Of a DNA stretch of 64,000 nucleotides, positions 48,456 to 57,765 are shown piece after piece. A program made the position numbers and the translations under genes. Source of the stretch: an uncultured delta proteobacterium (lineage in GTDB: Bacteria > Myxococcota_A > Polyangia > Fen-1088). Positions within the stretch are counted from its first letter, which is position 1; every line of letters starts with the position of its first letter. The DNA is taken from assembly GCA_963767925.1 (NCBI GenBank), contig CAVYGB010000006.1, positions 32,001-96,000 of the forward strand. The letters run 5' to 3'. The notes under the pieces were generated by a model. That model made no database searches. It was not told the origin of the DNA and worked only from the letters and a program-made list of their open reading frames with translations.

Positions 48456-49241
48456 ATGCTGGTCAGCCCGATCTCGCGATCCAGTCTGGACTCGGATAGC
48501 CGGGAACGCGTCATGGAGGCCATGGCCCGACGCAGGCCCCGCGCGAGCAAAGCCGAACCCGGTGACCCGGTCGACCCGACCGATCTCGTCGACCTGCGCG
48601 TCAGGACCGGCGAGGTCGCCAAGGACGACGAAACCCGGCGCGCCAACGAAAAAGAGAAGGACAAGGGCAAAGCTCCGACCACCGATCCCACCCGCGAGGA
48701 CGAAGAGCTCGACCCGCGCGAGCGGGCCCAGGTGGAGGGCCTGCGCCGCCGCGACCGCGAGGTGCGGGCCCACGAGGCGGCGCATGCCGCGGCCGCCGGC
48801 GGCCTGGGGGGCGGAGCGTCTTATACCTACGTGACCGGTCCCGACGGCAAGCGCTACGCCGTCGGCGGCGAGGTCCCGGTGCGGCTGGCCACCGGCCACA
48901 CGCCCGAGGAGACCCTCCGCAACGCACAGCAGGTGCGCGCCGCCGCCTTGGCCCCGGCCGAGCCCTCCAGCCAGGACCGGGCCGTCGCCGCCCAGGCCAC
49001 CGCCATGGAGGCCGCTGCGCGCATGGAGATGTCCCGGACCCGCGACGTCGAAGCCGCCGAACGGGCCGTCCGCGCCCGCGCGCAGGGCGCCAGCCGCGCC
49101 TCGGACAACCGGACCGTCGACCCCGAAGCCACCCTCCGCCAGCTCGAACGCGAGCAACGCACCGTCCGCGGCGGCTGGAAGCACCTCCACAGCAGCGGCG
49201 GCTGCGGCGGCTGCGCCGTGGCGGTCGCCGCGTACCGGTAG
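48456..49241 (+). CDS. SprA-related family protein (HExxH, putative metalloprotease)
   Basis: DREVRAHEAAH, YTYVTGPDGKRYAVGGEV, AALAPAEPSSQDRAVA. Confidence 0.82.
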   Translation: MLVSPISRSSLDSDSRERVMEAMARRRPRASKAEPGDPVDPTDLVDLRVRTGEVAKDDETRRANEKEKDKGKAPTTDPTREDEELDPRERAQVEGLRRRDREVRAHEAAHAAAAGGLGGGASYTYVTGPDGKRYAVGGEVPVRLATGHTPEETLRNAQQVRAAALAPAEPSSQDRAVAAQATAMEAAARMEMSRTRDVEAAERAVRARAQGASRASDNRTVDPEATLRQLEREQRTVRGGWKHLHSSGGCGGCAVAVAAYR

Positions 49242-49315
49242 CGGACGCCGCCCAGCGCAAACGTCCCGATCCGCTTCGACTCCCCCCACCGAGCGCTCCC
49301 CCCGGCCTCTCGCCC

Positions 49316-49492
49316 GCTGTCTCTGTCTCTCTGTCTCTGTCTCTGTCTCTCTGCCTCTGCCTCTGCCTCTGCCTCTGAAAACGCGAAGCTCAGTAGCAGT
49401 TGGGGCGGTGGGCATGTGGGCAAACGCGTCTGCCTCTGCGCGTTTGTCCAAGGGCGGTGGGCAGTCTGCTGTCCACCGCCCGGCATGTCCAC
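49316..49492. repeat. (CTCTGT/CTCTGC)n tract + shared transposase-linked repeat + branched hairpin (49408-49492)
   Basis: Closing stem GTGGGCATG/CATGTCCAC encloses TGGGCAAACGCG/CGCGTTTGTCCA and GGGCGGTGGGCAG/CTGTCCACCGCCC. Confidence 0.75.
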
Positions 49493-49635
49493 GGCCCACC
49501 CCCACCCCGGCGCCCCCCCCTTCTACCGTCCGCGACGCCCCCCCCCAGCGCCGCCCCTTCTACCATCCGGCCACGTCCCCAGCGCCGCCCCTTCTACCGT
49601 CCAGCGCACGCCCCCCGCCGCGAAGACGGATGCCC

Positions 49636-50322
49636 TCACTGAAGGATCTTGGGGGACTCGCCGGGGTCGATCAAACCGCGGCGGCGCCAGCCCACCGTGG
49701 CGAGCCAGGTGCGGGCGGAACCGGTGACCGAGGGTTCGGACGGCGGCGTGAGGGGGAAGCGGAAGCCGTCGAACCAGGGGGCCGAGGAGCAGGGGGCCGA
49801 GGAGCAGGGGTCGATGTGCCCGCGGTCGCGCAGACCGTGTTTCTTGTGGTTCATGAGAACGTAGACGAGCGCGTTGCGTACCTCCCGCGGCGTCGCCAGC
49901 TCGCGCGCGTGATACCGGTCGCCCCAGATGCGGCCGCTGCGCTTGCAGGCTCGGTTGCTGGCCAGCGCGCTCCGGATCACCAGCCTCCGCGCGCCGAAAG
50001 AGAGCGCCGCCTTGTCCTCCGCCTCCACCAGCAGGTGCACGTGATCGGCCTGCACCGAGAACTGCACGACCCGGAACACCGCTGAGCTCGACGCGCGAAA
50101 GCAGTCCCGCAACACCTGGAAGATCCGCTTGCTCCGCAGCGAGACCAACCCTGCCCTGGCGCGCAAGGTCACGTGCAACGGATGGGCGCCCTTGTGGGGC
50201 GGCCGCGCCCGATGCGGCGCCGGCCGCCTCCGCCCGAGAATCGGAGGCCGCCCGGCCCCCTTCCGTCGCCCACCCCACCCGGAGGTCCGAGGCAAGGCGA
50301 GCGAGCGTGACGCGGGCGACAT
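49636..50322 (-). mobile_element. HUH/Y1 tyrosine transposase (REP-associated/RAYT-like), copy 2
   Basis: Highly similar to copy 1; DHVHLLVEA, IWGDRYH, YVLMNHKKH; carries a 15-bp duplication (PCSSA twice). Confidence 0.75.
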
Positions 50323-50419
50323 TCCATTTGATTGAGGCAATAGTATTGCCCATGCAGCAAAATTCAAGTACGAACGTACGGTCCGGTTCGAGCGGGCGTC
50401 GCTGTCGACCAGCGGCGGT

Positions 50420-51004
50420 TCAGGGTGGGCTCCAGGGGTGGCCGGTTTCGCAGTCGATGTGGGCCAGGCGGGCGCCGGCGGGGCCTACCTCGAGGCGGCC
50501 AAAGACGATCGGCAGGTGGAAGCGGCGGGGGCCGACCGAGCCGGGGTTGAAGACGATCAGATCCCGGTCGCGGCCGATGAAGGGCACATGCGAGTGCCCG
50601 CAGACCACCATCGCCGCCCCCTGTTGCCGGGCAATCTTGGCAACCTCGCCGCGCAGTCTCGGGCCGGCCACGGCGATGTGGATCATGAGGATCCGCAGGC
50701 TGCGCGGGCCGACCAGATCGACGGTCAACACGTCGGGCAGGTCGCTGGCCCTCGTGTCGATGTTGCCCCGCACCGCCAGCACCGGGGCCACGGTGGCGAG
50801 CCGGTCCAGCACCTCGAGGTCGCCGATGTCGCCGGCGTGCAGGATCGCGTCGGGGCGCATGGCGGCCAGGTGCCCCAGCGTCCCGGGGTGCGGCTCCGAG
50901 TGGGTGTCGGCCACCACCGCCAGGCGCAGCGACCCATCCTCCCGCGTCGGCACCTGCGCGCTCTTGTAGACCAGCTTCGGCCCGGCCGCGGTCTTCGCTC
51001 TCAT
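50420..51004 (-). CDS. YfcE-like metallophosphoesterase
   Basis: ADTH, HAGD, VRGNID, GHSH, FNPGS. Confidence 0.9.
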   Translation of the reverse strand: MRAKTAAGPKLVYKSAQVPTREDGSLRLAVVADTHSEPHPGTLGHLAAMRPDAILHAGDIGDLEVLDRLATVAPVLAVRGNIDTRASDLPDVLTVDLVGPRSLRILMIHIAVAGPRLRGEVAKIARQQGAAMVVCGHSHVPFIGRDRDLIVFNPGSVGPRRFHLPIVFGRLEVGPAGARLAHIDCETGHPWSPP

Positions 51005-51082
51005 GTCGCCCGCGAGTATGCCGCCCCGGCTGCCACCTGGCGCCTCGTTTCTCCCGGAACCCCTCTTGCATCCGCGGCGCGG

Positions 51083-51241
51083 CCCATCAGCGTGCTAGGG
51101 GGCCCGCTCGCGCACTGGCGAGCCGCCCTCCCCCACGCCCAGGTGACCGAGTTGCCTGGGGTCGGCCACTGGCCCCACGAGGAAGAGCCCGCCATCGTCG
51201 CCGCCCACCTGGAGGCCTTCCTCGCCACCCACCGCGGCTGA
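51083..51241 (+). pseudogene. C-terminal remnant of an alpha/beta hydrolase
   Basis: WRAALPHAQVTELPGVGHWPHEEEP..LEAFL* with no room for an N-terminal domain. Confidence 0.6.
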
Positions 51242-51251
51242 CCCCTCCGGC

Positions 51252-53753
51252 TCACTCGCTGCGCAGCGCCCGCATGGGATCCACCCGGGACGCCCGGCGC
51301 GCGGGCAGGTAGCCGGCGGCGAGCGCCACCCCGAACATCAGCAGCGCGGCGACGGCGAGCCGGGCCGGGTCGGTCGGACTGAGCCCGAACAAGAGCCCCC
51401 GTAACAGCCGAGAAGCTCCCCAGGCCGCCGGCAAGCCAAGGGCCACGCCGGCGAGCACCAGCGCCAGCGCCTGGCGCAGCACCAGCCAGCGGACGCTGCC
51501 CCGGGTCGCCCCCAGCGCCACGCGTACCCCGATCTCGCGGGTCCGCTGACCCGCCCACTGCGAGAGGATCCCGAACAGCCCGAGCGACATCAGGAACAGC
51601 GCCGCCAGCCCGAAGCCCGTCGACAGCACGGCGAGGAGCCGCTCCTGCACGAGCAGCCGATCGACCTGGGCGCGCATCGTGCGGACGCCGACCACCCGCA
51701 GCCCCGGGTGGGCCTGTAGCACCGCGCGGCGCACCGGTTCGCCGAGGCTGGCTGGATCCAACGACGTGTTGACCGCGAGGCTGCCGAGAAAGCCGGGGTG
51801 CTGGGCGGCCGAGCGGTAGACCATCGGCTGGCTCGCCGCCCGCAGGCCGGCGTTTCGAGCATCCCGGACCACACCGACGATCTCGACGGTGCCCGGCGGC
51901 TGAGACGGCGACGAGACCGGATCGAAGCGCAAGCGCTGGCCGACCGCCGCACCCCCCGGGAACAGCCGGGCGAGGGCCTCGTTGACGACAACGATCCGCG
52001 GGCCGCCGGCCGCATCGCCGGCGCCGAAGGCCCGACCGCGGATGAGCCGGATGCCGAGGGTCGCGAAGTAGTCCGCCGTGACGGTGTCGAGCCGCACCGG
52101 CGCGGACCCTACCCGCCCGTCGATGAGGATCATCTCGGTCGTGCGGGCGTTGCCGAGCGGCGACATCGCCGACAGGCTCGCCGATCGAACCCCCGGCACC
52201 TGCTCCACCCGATCGAGGATGGCCCGGGTCAGCGCAGGCGCCTGCTCCTCCCGGAGGTCGGCGAGGAGGCTGCGGTTCACGCCCATCAGGAGCACGCGCT
52301 GCTCGTCGATTCCCTTGTCGGCCCGGCGCAGCTGGCCCAGGCTGCCGGCCAGCAGGCCAGCGGCGAACAGCAGCACGAGGGACAGGGCGACCTGCGAGAC
52401 GAGCAACACCCGGCTCACCAGCCGGCGGGCCCCCCCCAGGGTGACGGTCTGGGCGGTCGCCCGCAGCGCCGGCTGCAGGCTCGCGCGCGCGACCTGCCAG
52501 GCGGGGGCCAGACCGATGGCCACCCCGGTCGTGGCAGCCAGCGCGGTGACGAAGGTCAGGACGGCGCGGTCGAGGCCGACCTCCAGCGCCAGGGGTCCGC
52601 CCACACCGGCGAGCAGCAACAGCCCATCGGCGAGCCAGCCCGTCAGGAGCAGCCCCCCCGCCGCCCCCAGCCCCGAAAGCAGGATCGCCTCGACGAGGAG
52701 CTGCCGTACCAGCCGCCACCGGCTCGCTCCGAGTGCGGCGCGGATGTTCATCTCTCGCTGGCGGTCGATGGCCCGGGCCAGCAGCAGGTGGGAGACGTTG
52801 AGGCAGACGATGAGCAGCAGGACCCCGACCCCCGCGAGCAGAACCAGCAGCGGATCGCGGAAGCTCTCGCGCAGCGGCGAGACACCCTGGCCGGCGGGAT
52901 CGAGCTCGATCTTGACGCCCTGGCGGGCCGACGGGTCGGCCGCCAGCACGGGATCGTCGGCCAGGTAACGTTGCAGGGCCAGGTTGGCATCGGCTTCGGC
53001 CGCGGGGGCCGCCACCCCTGGCGCGAGCCGACCCAGCACGAGCAGCCAGCGGTCGTCCCGGCGAAACTCCCTGGCCGGACCGGCGGGCAGCTCGAGGGGC
53101 AACCAGAAGTCGGTTGGCTGACCGACGTTGAGGCCGGAAAATGCCGGCGCCGCGATGCCCACAACGGTGACGGGGCGGCCGTTCACCGTCACGCGCGCCC
53201 CGACGACAGCCGGGGCGCCGCCAAACCGCCGCTGCCAGTAGTCGTGACTGATCACCATGACGGAGGCCGGCTCGAGCGCCCGGCTGTCCTCGGGGAGGAA
53301 GGTTCGTCCGCGGTGTGCGGGCACGCCGAGCACGGAGAAGTAGTTGTCGCTCACCGTCCGGCCGGTGGCCCGGGCGTCCCCGCCGCCGTCGCGCGGGCCC
53401 GGCCCCTCGACGAACGCCCCCGTGCTCCCGCTGTCCTGCGCGGCGAGCCCGGAGAAGAAGCGGCCCTGGCCCTCGCCCCGGACCCGCTGGTAGAGACGCG
53501 GCGAGAAGAGCTCGAGCCGGCCGCGCGGGATCCCGTCGGACCGCCCGGACACCCCGGGATGGGACAGCAGGACGAGGCGGCCCGGGTCGACGACCGGCAA
53601 GGGCGCGAGGAAGAGGGCGTTGGCGAGGCTGAACAGGGCGCCGCTGGCGCCGATGCCGAGCGCGAGCGACAGCACGACGATCGCCGCGGCACCGGGGCGC
53701 CGGCGAAGGCCGCGCCAACCGTACCGCAGGTCCTGGATGAGGTCCCGCAACAT
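51252..53753 (-). CDS. Duplicated MacB/FtsX-type ABC permease (ADOP-like)
   Basis: QDLRYGWRGL, LLIVCLNV..REMNIRAALGA, RTREIGVRVALGA, PARRASRVDPMRALRSE. Confidence 0.9.
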   Translation of the reverse strand: MLRDLIQDLRYGWRGLRRRPGAAAIVVLSLALGIGASGALFSLANALFLAPLPVVDPGRLVLLSHPGVSGRSDGIPRGRLELFSPRLYQRVRGEGQGRFFSGLAAQDSGSTGAFVEGPGPRDGGGDARATGRTVSDNYFSVLGVPAHRGRTFLPEDSRALEPASVMVISHDYWQRRFGGAPAVVGARVTVNGRPVTVVGIAAPAFSGLNVGQPTDFWLPLELPAGPAREFRRDDRWLLVLGRLAPGVAAPAAEADANLALQRYLADDPVLAADPSARQGVKIELDPAGQGVSPLRESFRDPLLVLLAGVGVLLLIVCLNVSHLLLARAIDRQREMNIRAALGASRWRLVRQLLVEAILLSGLGAAGGLLLTGWLADGLLLLAGVGGPLALEVGLDRAVLTFVTALAATTGVAIGLAPAWQVARASLQPALRATAQTVTLGGARRLVSRVLLVSQVALSLVLLFAAGLLAGSLGQLRRADKGIDEQRVLLMGVNRSLLADLREEQAPALTRAILDRVEQVPGVRSASLSAMSPLGNARTTEMILIDGRVGSAPVRLDTVTADYFATLGIRLIRGRAFGAGDAAGGPRIVVVNEALARLFPGGAAVGQRLRFDPVSSPSQPPGTVEIVGVVRDARNAGLRAASQPMVYRSAAQHPGFLGSLAVNTSLDPASLGEPVRRAVLQAHPGLRVVGVRTMRAQVDRLLVQERLLAVLSTGFGLAALFLMSLGLFGILSQWAGQRTREIGVRVALGATRGSVRWLVLRQALALVLAGVALGLPAAWGASRLLRGLLFGLSPTDPARLAVAALLMFGVALAAGYLPARRASRVDPMRALRSE

Positions 53754-54055
53754 TGAACTTTCCCTCCTGGGGCGCCGGTCGGCCACCGCCGGCCTCCCGC
53801 AGCAGCTGCCAGGCCCGTGCCACCCAGCGCGGCTTGGGGAGGCCGAAGATCTTGCGGCGGCGGTGCTGCCCGACTGTTCGCCCGCGGGACGCGTGGTCCC
53901 AGGAACGGACAGCGGACCTGGCGCGGGTGGGGGGCGTCAGGCGGCGAGAAGCCTGCGTCTCCGCGAGGCGTGCCGACGACGAATATCCAGCGTGTTCCGG
54001 GGAGGAGCCGGCTGCGGTCGCGGAGTATTTGAGGGCCTTCCTCGCGTCGGGGAAC

Positions 54056-57000
54056 CTACTGGGGGTCGCTGCTGCGGCGGATGAGGTCGATGAGCTCTTC
54101 GGTGCCGAGGGCGGCGGCGAGGTCGCTGCCTTCCAGGATGCCGGCGGCGAGGGCGCGTTTGCTGGCGTGCAGGCCGAGGACGGCTTCCTCGATCGTGTCG
54201 CGGGCGACAAGGCGGACGGCGGTGACGGGCTTCTGCTGGCCGATGCGGTGGGCGCGGGCGGTGGCTTGATCCTCGACGGCGGGGTTCCACCAGGGGTCGA
54301 GGTGGATGACGGTGTCGGCGGCGGTGAGGTTGAGGCCGAAGCCGCCGGCTTTCAGCGAGATCAGGAAGACGTCGGCCTCGCCCCGCTGGAAGGCGGCGAT
54401 GCGCTGCTCGCGGGCCTCGGCGGGGGTGGTGCCGTCGAGCACCAGCAGGCGGAAGCCGTGCTGGCGCAGGCGCGGGGCCAGCAAGTCGAGGAAGCTGCGG
54501 AACTGGCTGAAGACCAGGGTGCGGTGCCCCTCCTCCTTCAGCTCGGCCAGCAGGTCGAGCAGGTAGGCGGCCTTGGACGAGCCGGCGGGCGTGCGCGGGT
54601 AGACCAGGCGGGGGTGGCAGCAGAGCTGGCGCAGGCGGGTGATGGCGGCCAGCAGCTCGAAGCGCATGCCGCCGGCGTCGCGGTCGGGGTTCTTCTTGGC
54701 CGCCTCCAGCTCGGCCAGGGTCGAGGCCCGGAGCTGCTCGTACAGCGACAGCTCCTCGGACGAGAGCTGCACCGAGCGCACGATCTCGGTGCGCGCCGGC
54801 AGCTCGGGCGCCACCTCGGCCTTGGTCCGCCGCAAGACGAACGGCCGGATCAGCGTCGCCAGGGCCTTGCGCCGGCGCTCGTCCCCGAACTTCTCGATCG
54901 GGACGGCGTAGCGGCCCCGGAACTGCTCCCAGCTCCCCAGCAGGCCCGGCGAGATCACCCGGAAGATGCTCCAGATCTCCCCCACGTGGTTCTCGATGGG
55001 CGTCCCGGTGAGCCCCAGCCGCCAGCCGGCGCGCAGCCCGCGCAGGGCCTTGGCTCGCTCGGTGGTGGCGTTCTTGACCGCCTGGGCCTCGTCGATCACC
55101 AGCGACCCGAACTCGATCTTCCCCAGCGCCTCGGCGTCGAGGGTGGCGATGGCGTAGCTGGTCACCACGATGTCGCCGGGGCCCAGCCCGCGCAGGCCCG
55201 ACTCCCGCTCGCGGCCCCGGTACAGGCGCACCTTCAGCTCCGGCACGAAGCGGGCCGCCTCGTCGATCCAGTTGGACACCACCGAGGTCGGCGCCACGAC
55301 CAGGGCGGGCCCCTCCCCCGCCCGCTGCGCCAGCAGGGCCAGGGTCTGCAGGGTCTTTCCCAGCCCCATCTCGTCGGCCAGGATGGCGCCCGCGCCCCAG
55401 TGGGCCAGACGGGTCAGCCAGGCCACGCCCGCCTTCTGGTAGGGGCGCAGCACCGACTCCAGCCCGGCCGGCAATCGGGGATCGATGCCGGCGCCCTCCC
55501 GCATCCGCCGGCGCAGGGCCGCGAAGGCCGCCCCCGCCTCGATCTGGCTCTCGCTCTCGACCAGGCCCACCAGGGGATCGCTGGCCACCCCGGCGAGCTG
55601 GATGGTGCCCCGGTACTCGAAGAAGGCCGCCTCCGCCCGCTCGAGCGCCGCCCGCAGCGTCTCCTCGATCCGCACGAAGCCGCGCGTCCCCACCCGCACG
55701 TAGCGCCGCCCCTCGCGGATGGCGGCCAGCAGCTCGAACAGCGGCACCACCTCGGCCCCCGGCCCCTCGACCCGGACCTCGCCCTGCACCGCGAACCAGT
55801 CGCGCTGGTCGGCCACCTTGAGGCGTACCTGGCTCCGCCCGACGCTGCCGAGCGACTGCAGGCGCAGGTCGGCCCACTCGACCGAGACCTCCTCGCCGAG
55901 CTCCTTGAGCGTCGCCACCAGGTGCAGGGCCGGGTCCCCCTCGCTCACCCGCCAGCACCAGGGCTCCTGCTCCTGGCCGCCCTCCAGGCTCAGGCGCTCG
56001 GCCAGGGCGTGCCCCGCCAGGCGCTCGGCCTGGCGGTCGCGGCGGGCGCCGTGGCGGTCGCGCCCCTGCCCCTCCAGCACCAGGGCGGGGCCCTCTCCCG
56101 GGGCGAACACCGGCCCCAGCTTCACCGGGCGCACCGCCAGCCGCACCTCGACCGCGCCGGAGGCAAGCAGGTCGAGGCGGGCGATGAGGCGGCCGTCGGC
56201 GGGCCCGATGCTGCGGGTCCACTGCGAGGGGAACTCGATGTCGAGGGTCTCCTGCAGCGACTCGAGGCGGGTGGCGAGCGCGTCGTGGGCCTCGGGCGGG
56301 AAGCGCCCGGGAGCGAGGGCCAGCGCCTGGACCATGGCCGCCGCCTGCGCGCTCACCGCCGCCAGCAGCACCTGGGCCCCGCCGCCCGGCGGCCGGTGCA
56401 GGTGGACCAGGTGGCGCCCGTCGCGCAGGGTCTGGGCCACCTCGGCCGCCAGCAGGGTCACGCCCAGCAGCTCGAACTGGGGCTGCAGGCCGCCGTCGAG
56501 CGCGGTGGCGAAGCGCAGGCGCAGGCGGCCCTGGCGGATCTCCAGCCGGCCGTCGTCGCGCGGGCGCTCGCGCCCGCCCTCGAGGAACACCGCCGGGTGA
56601 TCGATCAGCGCGCGCAGGATGCCGTGGATCTGGGCGTGGGTCAGCGCGCTGCCGCTGGCCCACGGCTCGGCCCGGCGGGCGAAGCGATCGTCGTAGGCCT
56701 GGTAGACCCGCCGGTCGGCGGCGGTCAGCTCGCGCCGGTCGGGGAGCTGGTACCACTGCAGCCGGGCCCCCTTCGAGAAGACCCCGCCCTTGCCCCGCTT
56801 CTGGACCACCGGCTCGACGGTGAGCCCCCCCTCCTCGTCGGCCACCACCCGGAAGGCCACCCGCTCGGCCGGCGGCCCGGCCGGCGCCTCCTGCTGCGCC
56901 TCGAGGCGGGCCAGGTGCTGGTCGAGGGCCCCCAGCGCCACCTGCCAGGCCGGCTGCCGCAGCAGCTCGCCGAGCGCCTCGTGCGCCTCGCCCGCGCGCG

Positions 57001-57670
57001 GGTCGCGCAGGAGATCGATCATCGCCTCGAGCGCGCTCTCCTGCTGCGCGGCGGTGACCTCGTCGGCCAGGGCCTGCGGGCCGCGGTAACGCGCCCAGCG
57101 CAGCGGCCCTTCGTTCCAGCCGAGCAGCAGCAGCACCACGTGGTCCTGGCCGAGCGTGCCGGACCAGCTCCCGCCCGGGCTGGCCAGGGTCCACTCCTCG
57201 TAGCGCAGCATCGGCACCGGCTCGCGTGCCACCTCGACCCGCACCGGCTCGTAGGTCCCCTCCGGCCGGGCCGGGGTCTCGCGCGCCGCCACCAGCTCGG
57301 CCCGCGCCGAACGCAGCCGCTCGAGGAAGCTGGCGAGCACCTCGTCCTCGGGATCGCGCCCCTCGGCCGCGAAGAAGGCGCGCGCCTGCTGCTGGACCGC
57401 GGCCAGGGTCGCGATCCGGTGCAGGAAGCGACGGGCGGTGTCCTCGCCGTCGTGGTAGCGGCGCCGCACCATCTGCCCCGCCTCGGGATCCATCAGGATC
57501 TGGCGGTAGGTGAGGCGCTCGCCCCAGCGCCCGGGCACGTAGGTGCCGGCGGGCCCGTCGCTGCCGATGACGACGTCGTCGAGCCGCGCGCTGACCCGGT
57601 GCGCATGCGCCCAGGCCAGGAGCGCCTGGGGATCTTCGGGAGGTGGTGGCACCTCGGGCGGGGGCTGCAC
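54056..57670 (-). CDS. SNF2-family (DEAD/DEAH) helicase
   Basis: LRPYQ, LADEMGLGKT, IDEAQ, LTGTPIEN, FSQF, GGFGLNL, DPWWNPAVEDQA..RAHRIGQ. Confidence 0.93.
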   Translation of the reverse strand: MQPPPEVPPPPEDPQALLAWAHAHRVSARLDDVVIGSDGPAGTYVPGRWGERLTYRQILMDPEAGQMVRRRYHDGEDTARRFLHRIATLAAVQQQARAFFAAEGRDPEDEVLASFLERLRSARAELVAARETPARPEGTYEPVRVEVAREPVPMLRYEEWTLASPGGSWSGTLGQDHVVLLLLGWNEGPLRWARYRGPQALADEVTAAQQESALEAMIDLLRDPRAGEAHEALGELLRQPAWQVALGALDQHLARLEAQQEAPAGPPAERVAFRVVADEEGGLTVEPVVQKRGKGGVFSKGARLQWYQLPDRRELTAADRRVYQAYDDRFARRAEPWASGSALTHAQIHGILRALIDHPAVFLEGGRERPRDDGRLEIRQGRLRLRFATALDGGLQPQFELLGVTLLAAEVAQTLRDGRHLVHLHRPPGGGAQVLLAAVSAQAAAMVQALALAPGRFPPEAHDALATRLESLQETLDIEFPSQWTRSIGPADGRLIARLDLLASGAVEVRLAVRPVKLGPVFAPGEGPALVLEGQGRDRHGARRDRQAERLAGHALAERLSLEGGQEQEPWCWRVSEGDPALHLVATLKELGEEVSVEWADLRLQSLGSVGRSQVRLKVADQRDWFAVQGEVRVEGPGAEVVPLFELLAAIREGRRYVRVGTRGFVRIEETLRAALERAEAAFFEYRGTIQLAGVASDPLVGLVESESQIEAGAAFAALRRRMREGAGIDPRLPAGLESVLRPYQKAGVAWLTRLAHWGAGAILADEMGLGKTLQTLALLAQRAGEGPALVVAPTSVVSNWIDEAARFVPELKVRLYRGRERESGLRGLGPGDIVVTSYAIATLDAEALGKIEFGSLVIDEAQAVKNATTERAKALRGLRAGWRLGLTGTPIENHVGEIWSIFRVISPGLLGSWEQFRGRYAVPIEKFGDERRRKALATLIRPFVLRRTKAEVAPELPARTEIVRSVQLSSEELSLYEQLRASTLAELEAAKKNPDRDAGGMRFELLAAITRLRQLCCHPRLVYPRTPAGSSKAAYLLDLLAELKEEGHRTLVFSQFRSFLDLLAPRLRQHGFRLLVLDGTTPAEAREQRIAAFQRGEADVFLISLKAGGFGLNLTAADTVIHLDPWWNPAVEDQATARAHRIGQQKPVTAVRLVARDTIEEAVLGLHASKRALAAGILEGSDLAAALGTEELIDLIRRSSDPQ

Positions 57671-57765
57671 ATTTTCGAATATAGCCCCAGGGCTTGCCCG
57701 GGAACGGTTCCGACAGGGTATGCTCTGCGCCCGTCGGGAATCTCGAGGTGGCCCCCTCCGGAGGA

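Noticed and set aside
48351..49505. N-terminal extension making the radical SAM 1031 aa
   Set aside because: It is antisense to the SprA-like gene and runs through a microsatellite; the family-like sequence starts at MRVLLVTPP (48350).
54056..57670. SNF2 helicase as part of an anti-phage system
   Set aside because: No methylase, nuclease or other defence genes are adjacent; stand-alone SNF2 genes are common in myxobacteria.
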